Numbered from the stretch's first letter, positions 1-9,750 are shown. The stretch: DNA of 53,677 bases from Bdellovibrionales bacterium (GCA_050250255.1 JBFWOZ010000019.1:1-53677), one strand, 5' to 3'. The notes: a model not told the origin generated them from the letters alone. Program-made: numbers and translations.

Positions 1-780
1 GACTGGAAATCTGCTTTGCGACAACTGCACGAACTTGCCGGCGACTTTGAGAAAATGCCTCAATTTCAGAAATGTTTTGAACGTACATTTAGAGGAACTC
101 AATATTTTGAAAAGCATTTAATCACGGAATTCCAACTTTATATTTTTGATTGGCAAGTGGCGAACTTCTTCTCGTTTTCGGATAATCCAAATTTGGCAAA
201 GCGCCGACCTACAGACCCTAAGGAAGATTGGTCTGCCCTCGACACTCTTCCTCAAAACTCAGCTGAAAGACGTAGAGTTTTGCTTGAAAGAGCGAAATAT
301 GCACATTATGTCATCGCGACAGATTTAAAGGGTCTAGGTCTTTTCAAGCGTATGGAACAAGATCGCTGGATTCGCGAAGGTGCAAGGAAAGAAGACATTC
401 CCAATATTTTTAATCGATTGAATATTAAACTGCGTTCGCACTTCAATGCTCTCTATCGTGAAATCAAACAAAAAGTAGGACCTAAAAAAGGTGCTTACAT
501 TTATGTAAGTGGAGATGACGCCTTTATTTTACTACCTCAGGTCAGTAAAAAAAATCTGATCGAAATTGACCAATTAATTAAAGAAAAACCATTGCGTATT
601 AATGATCTCTTCCAGGATGCAGATCCCATTTTTGTTTATTCTTCAGGAATTCGAGCTATTAAAACTGTTGGTGATAGCCAAGCGATTGCTGAAGCTCTCG
701 CCTGGGTTCGTGACTATCTTTTTAATATGAAAAAACAGCTGAAAGAAGCTGAAGAACGTCAAAAAGCTGAAGGATTTTAA
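1..780 (+). CDS. 5'-truncated protein with a divergent GGDEF/Cas10-palm-like nucleotidyl cyclase domain
   Basis: Frame is open from base 1. Motifs ATDLKGLGLFK ... YIYVSGDDAFILL ... YSSGI follow the order and spacing of palm-domain cyclases. Confidence 0.5.
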   Translation, partial: DWKSALRQLHELAGDFEKMPQFQKCFERTFRGTQYFEKHLITEFQLYIFDWQVANFFSFSDNPNLAKRRPTDPKEDWSALDTLPQNSAERRRVLLERAKYAHYVIATDLKGLGLFKRMEQDRWIREGARKEDIPNIFNRLNIKLRSHFNALYREIKQKVGPKKGAYIYVSGDDAFILLPQVSKKNLIEIDQLIKEKPLRINDLFQDADPIFVYSSGIRAIKTVGDSQAIAEALAWVRDYLFNMKKQLKEAEERQKAEGF

Positions 781-781
781 A

Positions 782-1528
782 TCACATCAGAACTTCAACA
801 AAACTCAGGAACTTATTACGAGTGGTTTCGTTCGCTTTCACTTCTTGAATGAAGTTTTTAGTTTGAAACTCACGGTTATTCACTTTGGTTTTTAATTCCT
901 CATCACGTTCCCGCAAAGTTTCTAACCCCTGATTCATCGCTGTTTTTAAAGCTTCACGTCGGGAAGCCGCTTTTGAGGTCATTTTGATCGCCCCTAAGTC
1001 TACGAGAGAATCTATCACTAATAAATAGGGTGCCATGAGCCCGAGATGGGTTGGCGACTCCGTATCTTTTTTCATTTGCACAAGAAGCACGGCGGCCATT
1101 TTTTTCTTCTCGGCATCAGTAAATTTGAAAGCCCGTGCGCTTCTTAAAAGTTTAGTCATGATATGGTTGTGCGCCATGGGGTCGCAAACCAGAGTTTTAT
1201 CCATAGCTGTTGCAAGCCATTTAAAATCAAGGTTTCTCTCGGGAGTTGAGACCAAACGGTCCATCAACTCTTGGGTGGCGGCAGGAGTGCCTGGGTATTT
1301 TTCAAGTTTTTTTAAAACCTGAAGTGCGACTTTTTTATTAGGATAGGTGATGGACTCATCAAACTTCTTATCGAGTTTTTTTATATCGTCAATGAGCGCA
1401 TTACATTTTTGTGCGCCCGCTTCGCCCTTTTTAATGAGATCTTCCGCTTCGCTCTTAGGCAGAGCGGCTTGCAAGTTCATGCTTGTAAACAGACCTAAGA
1501 AGATAGCCGAGAAAATGAGTGATCTCAT
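782..1528 (-). CDS. Secreted hypothetical protein, predicted helical
   Basis: 248-aa ORF with N-terminal signal peptide (MRSLIFSAIFLGLFTSMNLQA-A). Start overlaps the lspA stop. Confidence 0.8.
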   Translation of the reverse strand: MRSLIFSAIFLGLFTSMNLQAALPKSEAEDLIKKGEAGAQKCNALIDDIKKLDKKFDESITYPNKKVALQVLKKLEKYPGTPAATQELMDRLVSTPERNLDFKWLATAMDKTLVCDPMAHNHIMTKLLRSARAFKFTDAEKKKMAAVLLVQMKKDTESPTHLGLMAPYLLVIDSLVDLGAIKMTSKAASRREALKTAMNQGLETLRERDEELKTKVNNREFQTKNFIQEVKANETTRNKFLSFVEVLM

Positions 1529-2022
1529 TTTGAACTCCTCTCATTTTTATAAGTGAGTAGCATTTGAAGAAGAATCAATCCAACGCCGCAAACGATTGCT
1601 GAATCGGCCACGTTAAAAGCGGGCCATACGTATTTGTTCTGAATATGAAAATCTAAAAAGTCGACCACGAAGCGAAACCGGAGACGGTCGATATAATTCC
1701 CGATGGCGCCTCCAAAAATCAGAGAAAAGGCAATGATCTGGAGTTTTTCAGTGTCAGGTAAACTTCGTAATGTATAGAGAATGAAAAGGAGAGCGACTGG
1801 CGGAAGGCTTAAGAAGAAAATTTCACGAAACTGAGGTTGAGAATCTGCCAAAAAGCCAAACGCTGCACCAAAATTGCGAACGTAAGTGATATTGAAAAAC
1901 CCAGCTATTACTTCATAACTTTCACCAAGACTAAAATGAGTCAAAATATAGAGTTTTGTCACTTGATCGAGGGCAATGATGGCCGCCGAAATGCTGATGA
2001 GAATAAGGTATTTTAGTTTCAT
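1525..2022 (-). CDS. lspA: Lipoprotein signal peptidase II
   Basis: DQVTK, NFGAAFG, GAIGNYIDR, VVDFL and FNVADSAI motifs. Confidence 0.97.
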   Translation of the reverse strand: MKLKYLILISISAAIIALDQVTKLYILTHFSLGESYEVIAGFFNITYVRNFGAAFGFLADSQPQFREIFFLSLPPVALLFILYTLRSLPDTEKLQIIAFSLIFGGAIGNYIDRLRFRFVVDFLDFHIQNKYVWPAFNVADSAIVCGVGLILLQMLLTYKNERSSK

Positions 2023-2028
2023 GTGTTT

Positions 2029-2571
2029 TTAGCTTCGAAATAAAGTTTGTAATCGCTCGTGGCCTAAAACAAGAAGCATTCGTAAAGCTTCCATTTCAGA
2101 ACTCAAGTTCAAATGATTACGAACTTTCTTAAGAATCTCAAGACTTTGTGAGTCGAGGGCAAGGGCGCCGATCGTGTTTTGAGGTGCTATTACGGGTGCC
2201 TGGGGTATTTGGGGCGGTGGAGGTGTCTGAGGAGGACGGGCGTAGGCCGGAGGAGGTGTGGGCTCTTTAAAATCCTCAATAGCGGGCATAGATGCTGGGA
2301 TTCTTGGCCGTTGCTCTTCTTCAGGAACAAACTGCTGAAGGTCTTGTGCTAAGGATTTTAACTGGTGACGAAAGCTTTCTACACTCGCAGGTTGGTCTTC
2401 CTTATGAGGAGGTGCATCGCCATGGCGTTTCGCTCGTAAATAAAGGGCGACCAAGGCGTCAGAATTTTGAGCCATATGTTTGACTTTGTCGTCTTGGTTT
2501 TGAAGCCAAGCGAAAGCTTGGGCTAACACATCTTTCGTGTAAGCTTGTGGCGGAAGATTACCCCTGATCAT
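2029..2571 (-). CDS. Hypothetical protein with Pro-rich linker and possible C-terminal ribbon-helix-helix
   Basis: 180-aa ORF co-oriented between ileS and lspA. Confidence 0.75.
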   Translation of the reverse strand: MIRGNLPPQAYTKDVLAQAFAWLQNQDDKVKHMAQNSDALVALYLRAKRHGDAPPHKEDQPASVESFRHQLKSLAQDLQQFVPEEEQRPRIPASMPAIEDFKEPTPPPAYARPPQTPPPPQIPQAPVIAPQNTIGALALDSQSLEILKKVRNHLNLSSEMEALRMLLVLGHERLQTLFRS

Positions 2572-2683
2572 TTGCAGAAAGTTACAAGTTTATGATTTTT
2601 TCAGCAATCAAAACTCTTGGGAAACCGCGAATTGACCGGCGCAGCGAGCTTCCCAGGATTTTTTTAAAACCAATTTAACTTTC

Positions 2684-5600
2684 TTATTTGTTGACACAGG
2701 AAAAGGCGAGCCCAAGAGCTTGACCGTCAATATCGGTATTTTCTTGGTGTTGGTGGCTCAATTTTGCCGTCAATTTCAAATCCAAAGCGAGAGTTTCGGA
2801 CTGAATGCGATCTTTATGGTGCTCCACTGCATCCTTCAGCTCACCATCACAGAAAATTTCCAGCTGAATACGATCATCGAGATTCAATTGTGCACTTTTT
2901 CGCGCCATTTGAATACGACGGATGATTTCGCGTGAAAGACCTTCGCGGATTTGATCCTGCTCTACGGACTTGTCCATTTCGATGGTGATCAATTGGTGTG
3001 TAGAAAGGTTCTCGAACTCTTTTTTCGGGCTTCGACGAATTTCCACATCTCCCGAAGTGATACTTTCTCCGGCAAGGGTGAGCGTTTCTCCCGATTCGAG
3101 AGCTAAAATCTGATCTTTCGTGATCGTCGCAATCGCCTGCGCCACTGTTTTCATTTTTGGTCCAAAGCGGGGTCCGAGAACAGGAAATTGTGCCTTGGCC
3201 GTGATGTCGACGTACTTCTCTTCGCCTGTATCGTAAACGATCTCTCGAACGTTCAGTTCATCACGGATATACATTTCCAATTTTTTGATCTCGTTGAGTA
3301 CATTCGTATCACGATGAATAATTCGAAGAGTTTTCAGAGGGATTTTTGCTTTCACTCCAAATTGTTCTCTCAGGTTTCGTCCCATCATAACGAGCTGGCT
3401 CATGCGCTGAACCGCCGCCTCAAGTTTCGGCTTCTTCATCTTTTCATTACCTTCTGGGTAACTATCAAGATGAACGCTTTCGTGTGAATTTTGAGTCGAT
3501 CGGGACAAATTTTTATAAATTGTTTCGGCCATGAAAGGCGTAAACGGTGCCATCAATCGACTTAAAGTCATGAGGACTTCGTGAAGCGTTTCGTAGGCGA
3601 GGCGTTTGTCTTCTGGCATTCCGTCTTGCCAAAAGTGGCTGCGGTTAAAGCGGATGTAGGTGTTGGTTAAATCTTCGATAAAACTTAAGAGACCTGGTAC
3701 CACGTTGTAAAGCCGGTAAGCCTTCATCTCTTGGTTCGTGTACTCCGTCAAAGTGTTAAGGCGTGAGAGAACCCATTGATCGAGAAGGTTTGGAGATTTG
3801 TAGGCGTCGCCGCGAGGGATAAACTTATCGATATTCGCGTAGTTCACGAAAAAGCTATAGGAATTCCACCAGCGAAGCATAATTCGACGAACGATATCGT
3901 GTACGCCTTTTTCGGAAAATCGAAGCTCTTGAGCTTTCACAACAGGCGAATCGATCATGTAAAGTCTTAAGGCATCGGCTCCGTGTTTATCGAGGACTTC
4001 TTTTGGGTCGGGATAGTTACGAAGGCTCTTGCTCATCTTCTTACCATCTTCGGCCACGATAATCCCGTTGACCACCACGTGTTTAAAAGGTGAGCGACCA
4101 AAGAGAGCGGCGCCAATAATTGTGAGCGTGTAAAACCAACCGCGTGTTTGATCTAAACCTTCGGCAATAAAATCTGCCGGAAAGCTTTTCTCAAATTTTT
4201 CTTTGTTGGTTTGCGGATAACCCCACTGAGCGTAGGGCATGGAACCCGATTCAAACCAGCAATCTAAGACATCAGGAATTCTTTTAAGAGGACTTTTTCC
4301 CGTTGGCGAAGGAATTTCGATCGGGTCTACGAACTGTTTATGTAGATCGGTCAGAGTTTTTCCAGAAAGCTTGGCAAGCTCCTCAATAGAACCTACACAA
4401 ATCATTTCTCCCTCTTCGTTTTTCCATACAGGGATTGGCGTTCCCCAAAAACGGCTTCGAGAGATCGCCCAGTCACGAGCGCCTTCGAGCCAATTTCCGA
4501 AGCGGCCGTCGCGAATGGTTTCAGGGACCCACTCGGTTTTTTTATTTGAAGCAATAACCGTATCTTTAATCGCTTCCACTTTTACAAACCAGTTGGCAAC
4601 TGCACGGTAAATCAGAGGTGTGTTGGTGCGCCAACAGAAAGGATAGCTATGGGTAAGAGTATCGTGTCTGAAAAGCTTGTCGGATTTTTTTAGGAGCGCA
4701 ATCAGATCCTTATCGGCCTCTTTCACACGTCGACCCACAAAATCAGGAATTTCTTTTGTGAACATACCGTCGTCATCCACGGGGTTCACCACAGCAATCC
4801 CTGCTTTTTTACAGGCGTAGAAGTCATCCTCACCATAAGCAGGAGCCATGTGAACAACTCCAGTACCGCTTTCAGTCGTCACGTGACCGCTTGGAATCAC
4901 GCGAAAAGCGTTTTCCATATCTGCAAAATAAGGGAAAAGGGGTTCGTACTTTAATTCCAAAAGATCTTTTCCGGTGAGCTCTTGTACGAGCTGCGCGGGA
5001 AGTTCCACGGGAGCTTTATCTTTTTTAGGTTTTGCGCTGAGAAGTTCCTCGGAGTAAGCAAGTTCAGGATAATTTTTTAAAAGTTCTTTCGCTAAAACGT
5101 ACTGCTTACCGGTTTTTAAAACCTTCACTTTGACGTATTCGATATCTTCACGAACGGCGAGGGCGAGATTGCTTGGAAGTGTCCAAGGGGTTGTCGTCCA
5201 GGCGAGAATAGAAGTGTTCGGTTCGCTCTTAAGTTGAAACGCTACCGTGATGGCTGGGTCTTGAACCTCTTTGTAATTCAAGTTCGCTTCAAAATTTGAA
5301 AGAGCCGTCGAAATTCCTGTTGAGTAAGGGACAACTTTGTAGCCTTCGTAGATGAGACCTTTATCCCAAAGTTGTTTGAACACCCACCAAACACTCTCCA
5401 TAAATTTTGGATCCATCGTGAAGTAGGCGTTGTCCATATCCACCCAACGGCCCACGCGATTCACGGTTTGTTTCCACTCTTGAGCGTAGCGCTGAACGAT
5501 GCTTCGACAAGCGTCGTTGTATTTATCCACACCCATAGCGAGAACTTGTTTGCGGCTTTCAATTTTTAGAGATTTATCGATTTCGTATTCTACTGGGAGC

Positions 5601-5908
5601 CCGTGACAGTCCCAACCAAAACGGCGAGGCACGTGGTAGCCCTGCATCGTCCAATAACGGGGAACAATGTCTTTCAAGGTTCCCGCTAAAAGATGACCAT
5701 AATGGGGGAGGCCAGTTGCGAAGGGAGGGCCATCGTAGAAGCTGTAGAACGGTTTATGTTCTGTTTGCTTCAGAGATTTTTCAAAAATCTTTCGCTCGTT
5801 CCAAAAGCGAAGAGTTTCTTCTTCCTTTTGGGGGATATTGATATCTGGGCGAACGGGTTCGTAAATGTTCTCGAGAGAGTCTGCCGATGTCTTTGCCATA
5901 AGGCTCAC
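2684..5908 (-). CDS. ileS: Isoleucine--tRNA ligase, type 2 (IleRS2)
   Basis: DGPPFATGLPHYGH, GWDCHGLP, WTTTPWTLPSN, EGLDQTRGWF and KMSKS motifs. Length 1074 aa with no C-terminal Zn finger. Alternative ATG start at 5899. Confidence 0.97.
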   Translation of the reverse strand: MSLMAKTSADSLENIYEPVRPDINIPQKEEETLRFWNERKIFEKSLKQTEHKPFYSFYDGPPFATGLPHYGHLLAGTLKDIVPRYWTMQGYHVPRRFGWDCHGLPVEYEIDKSLKIESRKQVLAMGVDKYNDACRSIVQRYAQEWKQTVNRVGRWVDMDNAYFTMDPKFMESVWWVFKQLWDKGLIYEGYKVVPYSTGISTALSNFEANLNYKEVQDPAITVAFQLKSEPNTSILAWTTTPWTLPSNLALAVREDIEYVKVKVLKTGKQYVLAKELLKNYPELAYSEELLSAKPKKDKAPVELPAQLVQELTGKDLLELKYEPLFPYFADMENAFRVIPSGHVTTESGTGVVHMAPAYGEDDFYACKKAGIAVVNPVDDDGMFTKEIPDFVGRRVKEADKDLIALLKKSDKLFRHDTLTHSYPFCWRTNTPLIYRAVANWFVKVEAIKDTVIASNKKTEWVPETIRDGRFGNWLEGARDWAISRSRFWGTPIPVWKNEEGEMICVGSIEELAKLSGKTLTDLHKQFVDPIEIPSPTGKSPLKRIPDVLDCWFESGSMPYAQWGYPQTNKEKFEKSFPADFIAEGLDQTRGWFYTLTIIGAALFGRSPFKHVVVNGIIVAEDGKKMSKSLRNYPDPKEVLDKHGADALRLYMIDSPVVKAQELRFSEKGVHDIVRRIMLRWWNSYSFFVNYANIDKFIPRGDAYKSPNLLDQWVLSRLNTLTEYTNQEMKAYRLYNVVPGLLSFIEDLTNTYIRFNRSHFWQDGMPEDKRLAYETLHEVLMTLSRLMAPFTPFMAETIYKNLSRSTQNSHESVHLDSYPEGNEKMKKPKLEAAVQRMSQLVMMGRNLREQFGVKAKIPLKTLRIIHRDTNVLNEIKKLEMYIRDELNVREIVYDTGEEKYVDITAKAQFPVLGPRFGPKMKTVAQAIATITKDQILALESGETLTLAGESITSGDVEIRRSPKKEFENLSTHQLITIEMDKSVEQDQIREGLSREIIRRIQMARKSAQLNLDDRIQLEIFCDGELKDAVEHHKDRIQSETLALDLKLTAKLSHQHQENTDIDGQALGLAFSCVNK

Positions 5909-5986
5909 AAGCTACCGGAAAGAGGGACACTTGTCTATACACCCGCATGCGTCAAAGCGACCCTTTACGGGCCCCTCAAGAGATTC

Positions 5987-7477
5987 TTACATCTTCACTT
6001 CGGTGAATTCGCGCGGATTGATTCCGTACTTTTCGATCTTACGCAATAAGGTCTTTTTGGGAATGTTCGCGTGGAGGGCTGTTTGGTTGATTCGTCCTTT
6101 AAACTTTTTTAGGGCCATAAGGATAAAATCTTTCTCAAATTGCTCTTTCTGACGGTTGAAATCCAGCTGACCTTCAGGATCCACGCTCGAAAGTGTGATG
6201 GTCGAACCCGTTGTTGGGGCCGAGCCTGTAGCACTTTCTTCTAGATCTGATGAGGCTTCTTCAAATTCCAAACCTTCCACTTCTTGAGCATTTGTAGCAC
6301 TCCATTGACCGACCACTTTCTCAGGCAGAGCCTTTAAGGTGATGCGATTGCTATCTTCAAGAACGAAAGCATGCTCGATGACGTTTTCAAGTTCACGAAT
6401 ATTTCCTGGCCAGTCGTATTTGGTCAGGCAAGTGAGGGCTTCTGGAGAAATTCCGGTGATCTTTTTCGAGTGCACTTTATTAAAGCGGTTGATGAATGTG
6501 TGGATAAGACTGTTGATATCCGGTTTTCTCTCGCGAAGAGCGGGTAAGAAGATCGGAATCACATTCAATCGGTAAAATAAGTCCTCGCGGAACTCACCGG
6601 TCTCAATCATTTTCTCAAGGTTACGGTTTGTCGCGGCAATCACGCGAACGTTGGCATCCAACTCACGGTTAGAACCCACAGGCGTGAACTTCTTTTCTTG
6701 AAGTACACGAAGAAGTTTCGCCTGCATCAAAAGAGGCATGTCACCAATTTCATCAAGGAAAATGGTTCCACCTTCGGCGAATTGGAATTTCCCAACCTTA
6801 CGGTAATCGGCTCCCGTAAAAGATCCCTTTTCGTGACCGAAGAGCTCGCTTTCAAAGAGGGATTCGGGGATTGCCGAGCAATTGATCGCTACAAACTTTT
6901 GATCTTTACGAGCGGAGTTAAAGTGAATCGCGCGGGCCACGAGTTCTTTTCCTGTTCCTGATTCTCCTCGAATGAGGACCGCTGTTTCCACCTGGGATAA
7001 CTTGTGGATAATGTTGAAAACTTTCTGCATTTCCGCATTGTTTCCAACGAACTTACGACCAGCTTCGATCAAGATCGGTGCAGAGCCCGCTACACTTGAA
7101 ATCATCGCGTGGGCATCAAGAGCTTTATCTACCATTTGTACAAGTTCTTCGCCACGTACAGGTTTTGAAATGTAGTTGTAAGCGCCTTGCTTCACGGCCG
7201 TGACCGCGTCGTCAATGTTCGCGTAAGCCGTCATCACCAGAACCACGATACGTGGATCAAATTCTTTGATGAGCTTGAGTGTTTCAAGACCGTTGAGTCT
7301 TGGCATGTCCACATCAAGAATAACGACAGAGTAGGGTTCTGTTGCCGCCTTCACCATTTCCATGGCTTTAATACCATCAAACGCCTCTTCGACTTGAAAT
7401 CGATTGGTGTTTTTTAATGTTGTGCTAACGCTCAACCGTAACCCCTGATCGTCGTCAACAACTAATACCTTCAACAT
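5987..7477 (-). CDS. Sigma54-dependent response regulator (NtrC/AtoC family bEBP)
   Basis: REC domain (VVDDD...LDVDMP), GESGTGKE, ESELFGHEKGSFTGA, FLDEIG, FREDLFYRLNV, WPGNIRELEN and C-terminal HTH. ATG at 7477 follows a GGGAG RBS. Confidence 0.95.
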   Translation of the reverse strand: MLKVLVVDDDQGLRLSVSTTLKNTNRFQVEEAFDGIKAMEMVKAATEPYSVVILDVDMPRLNGLETLKLIKEFDPRIVVLVMTAYANIDDAVTAVKQGAYNYISKPVRGEELVQMVDKALDAHAMISSVAGSAPILIEAGRKFVGNNAEMQKVFNIIHKLSQVETAVLIRGESGTGKELVARAIHFNSARKDQKFVAINCSAIPESLFESELFGHEKGSFTGADYRKVGKFQFAEGGTIFLDEIGDMPLLMQAKLLRVLQEKKFTPVGSNRELDANVRVIAATNRNLEKMIETGEFREDLFYRLNVIPIFLPALRERKPDINSLIHTFINRFNKVHSKKITGISPEALTCLTKYDWPGNIRELENVIEHAFVLEDSNRITLKALPEKVVGQWSATNAQEVEGLEFEEASSDLEESATGSAPTTGSTITLSSVDPEGQLDFNRQKEQFEKDFILMALKKFKGRINQTALHANIPKKTLLRKIEKYGINPREFTEVKM

Positions 7478-7492
7478 AACCACTCCCTTTAG

Positions 7493-9349
7493 TTAATGAT
7501 TAATAATTTGTTCCGTGGGTAGCTTGATAGAAAATGTCGAACCTTGTTCGTACACACTTTCCACCGAGATTTCCCCCCGATGTAACTCCACAAAATACTT
7601 AGCTAAATATAAACCGAGTCCAGACCCTTTAATGGGCGAAGTCTTGGCGTCCTGACTTCTATAAAACTTTAAAAAGATATTCCCAACTTCATCGCGAGGA
7701 ATTCCTCTTCCTTGATCTGCAATTTGCACGAGAACTTGACCGTCAACTTCTTCGGTCGAGACGAGAACTTTTGTATTTTCCGGACTGTATTTGATGGCGT
7801 TCTCAAGTAGGTTGGCGAGTACTTGTCTCATCAAATCGACATCCATCTTAAAGCTAAAAAGCGGTTCAAACTCACGCACGAGGGTGATTTTCTTCTCTTT
7901 CGCGATGGCGTCGTATTTCGTGCACACTTCTTCCAAGAGCGAGTTGATATCTTTAGGTTGTAAATGAAGTTTCACTTCTTGGCTTTCAACCCGTGTGAGG
8001 TTGAGGATCGAAGAAATAAAATACGTGAGCTCCTCGCTCGATTTATTAATGGTGTTTAATGCGTGAACCTGTTGAGACTCTAGAGATTTGGGATTTTGTA
8101 AAACCATTTCCGCCATCCCCTGAATGCGGGCGAGAGGTGTTTTTAAGTCATGCGACATCATGCTTAAGAAATTGGTTTTGAGTTCTTCTACTTGCATAAG
8201 GAGTTTGTTCTTTTGGTAATATTCCCAGCTACGACGATTTTCTTTAATCAGACGGTAAGGAATGAAAAAGTAGTAACAGATAAAGATCGCAAGAAGCGGC
8301 TGAGCCATAGGAATCCACAAGCTAAACAGCGCAAAAGCCCCATAAGCAAAGAGGCAATACCCAAGTCCCGTAGAAAGGAGTACGGCAATGCCGCTGATAG
8401 GCTTCATTTTCCAAACCGCCAGTACGGTGAGTAAAGCGACAATGGCAGTCATTAAAAAATTAAACCAGTAAGGCGTGCGTACCGGACTGGAATCACGAAT
8501 CATCGTATCCATCACGTTGGCGTAACCTTCAAGGTTTGACATCGCCACAATGTTTTTTGAATAAGGCGTTCGAATGTAGTCTTTCGCTTCTTCAAGAGTG
8601 TCTTTACCGATGAAAACCACTTTGCCCGTAAAAGTTCCTACGGGAAGTTGCTGGTTCGCGAGGGCGTGAAACGACAAGGGTTTGTAGGTCCCGCTTGGTG
8701 CGTAATCGACGTAGGATTGAATGCTATTAAGAAATTCAAAACTTCCACGGTAGCTTCGCGGATCTAAAATTTGATTAAAAAGTTGAGCGAGCTGCGCGTG
8801 CAGAGTGTTCACTCCATCCACTTGTAATAAAAGGCGTCGAGAAACAGAGTCTTCAGCAAACTTGTTGTTATCCGAAGTGAGCGGCGAAGGATGACTGATC
8901 AGTTTTTCGAAAGGAGCTGGAAGTTTCAAACGGTTTTCGTTTCCTTTGGAGTAAATGTCATTAATGGCCACGTAGAGGTTTGGAAGACTCTCCGCAAAGT
9001 TGGCCCACTCTTGTTTTTCTTCTGCCGTGCCAGGAATGTTTTGTGGCAGCATCGTATATACGACGGCTTTTGGCGCATCCTGGTTAATCAATTTTAGCAA
9101 TTCTGCGTGATCTTGAAGATTGGGCTCTCGATTCAGGGAGCGGAGAGTTTCACGATCGATAGCCACGAGCTGCACGTGACCTGTAGGTTTTGGGCTTGCT
9201 CGGAGTTGAACGCGGTAATCATAAAAAGTCGACTCGATGGAATAGAATGGAAACTCGTTAAGGAGCCAGGCAAAAAACAAGGCTGAGAGCACTCGTAAGG
9301 CTCTGAGAAAATAGGCGTTCTTAAGGAGGCTCCATATTTTTTGTTGCAT
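7493..9349 (-). CDS. CHASE2-domain sensor histidine kinase
   Basis: N-terminal TM, CHASE2-like region (LVAIDRETL, GKVVFIG), three TM helices, H-box SHDLKTPL, N-box NLLENAIKY and G boxes DQGRGI / GSGLGL. Confidence 0.92.
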   Translation of the reverse strand: MQQKIWSLLKNAYFLRALRVLSALFFAWLLNEFPFYSIESTFYDYRVQLRASPKPTGHVQLVAIDRETLRSLNREPNLQDHAELLKLINQDAPKAVVYTMLPQNIPGTAEEKQEWANFAESLPNLYVAINDIYSKGNENRLKLPAPFEKLISHPSPLTSDNNKFAEDSVSRRLLLQVDGVNTLHAQLAQLFNQILDPRSYRGSFEFLNSIQSYVDYAPSGTYKPLSFHALANQQLPVGTFTGKVVFIGKDTLEEAKDYIRTPYSKNIVAMSNLEGYANVMDTMIRDSSPVRTPYWFNFLMTAIVALLTVLAVWKMKPISGIAVLLSTGLGYCLFAYGAFALFSLWIPMAQPLLAIFICYYFFIPYRLIKENRRSWEYYQKNKLLMQVEELKTNFLSMMSHDLKTPLARIQGMAEMVLQNPKSLESQQVHALNTINKSSEELTYFISSILNLTRVESQEVKLHLQPKDINSLLEEVCTKYDAIAKEKKITLVREFEPLFSFKMDVDLMRQVLANLLENAIKYSPENTKVLVSTEEVDGQVLVQIADQGRGIPRDEVGNIFLKFYRSQDAKTSPIKGSGLGLYLAKYFVELHRGEISVESVYEQGSTFSIKLPTEQIINH

Positions 9350-9434
9350 TGCGTACCTTACTGCTCAGTTTCTGTTTGAACCTTCTGTTCAACGGGTACC
9401 TTTTGGTACTGAAGCAGTTTGAAAACAGTGAAGT

Positions 9435-9451
9435 AGCAAAGCCCCTGCCAA
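9435..9451 (-). promoter_or_regulatory. Sigma54 (-24/-12) promoter for the kinase/bEBP operon
   Basis: Minus strand TTGGCAGGGGCTTTGCT fits GG-N10-GC, about 85 bp upstream of the kinase start. Confidence 0.65.
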
Positions 9452-9570
9452 GCGTAGGTTTAAATTGTGGGGGAGTTCGTAGGTGAGGTGGTGCTAAAAT
9501 GCCCTTCCCGAGCTTTCGCAGCTGTTTATTGAACATCAATGAAGCCAGAAGAGAAAAAAATGCAGACTTG

Positions 9571-9662
9571 TTCTAAAAGGTGCCAGTGTCTTTTTTCTGG
9601 CTACACTGCTTCACCGGGTGGACGCAATGTAGCCAGAAAAAAGACACTGGCACCTTTTAGAA
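9571..9662. repeat. Perfect 35-bp inverted repeat (REP-doublet-like hairpin, possible terminator or 3' stabiliser)
   Basis: ttctaaaaggtgccagtgtcttttttctggctaca (9571-9605) and its exact reverse complement (9628-9662), with a 22-nt partly self-complementary loop. Confidence 0.92.
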
Positions 9663-9749
9663 TTAGTTAAAAAGAACAGGGCAGGCGGGACGACCTGAGG
9701 CTTGCTTTGTGTTTTTCTTCTTCGGTTTCGCTTTTTTAATATGCTTCAT
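9663..9749 (-). CDS. 28-aa putative RiPP precursor peptide MKHIKKAKPKKKNTKQASGRPACPVLFN
   Basis: Read by hand, below the ORF-track cutoff. ATG is 1 nt after the rSAM stop (TAA-T-ATG), with a GAAGGAG RBS in the last rSAM codons. The N-terminus matches the MKHIK start of SCIFF-type precursors. Confidence 0.75.
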   Translation of the reverse strand: MKHIKKAKPKKKNTKQASGRPACPVLFN

Positions 9750-9750
9750 A

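Noticed and set aside
5909..5986. T-box leader upstream of ileS
   Set aside because: Only about 78 bp of intergenic space and no T-box consensus seen.
9321..9539. 72-aa minus-strand ORF downstream of the rSAM as an alternative precursor
   Set aside because: It spans the sigma54 promoter and overlaps the kinase start, has no clear RBS, and is separated from the rSAM by the hairpin. The 28-aa ORF is the better candidate.
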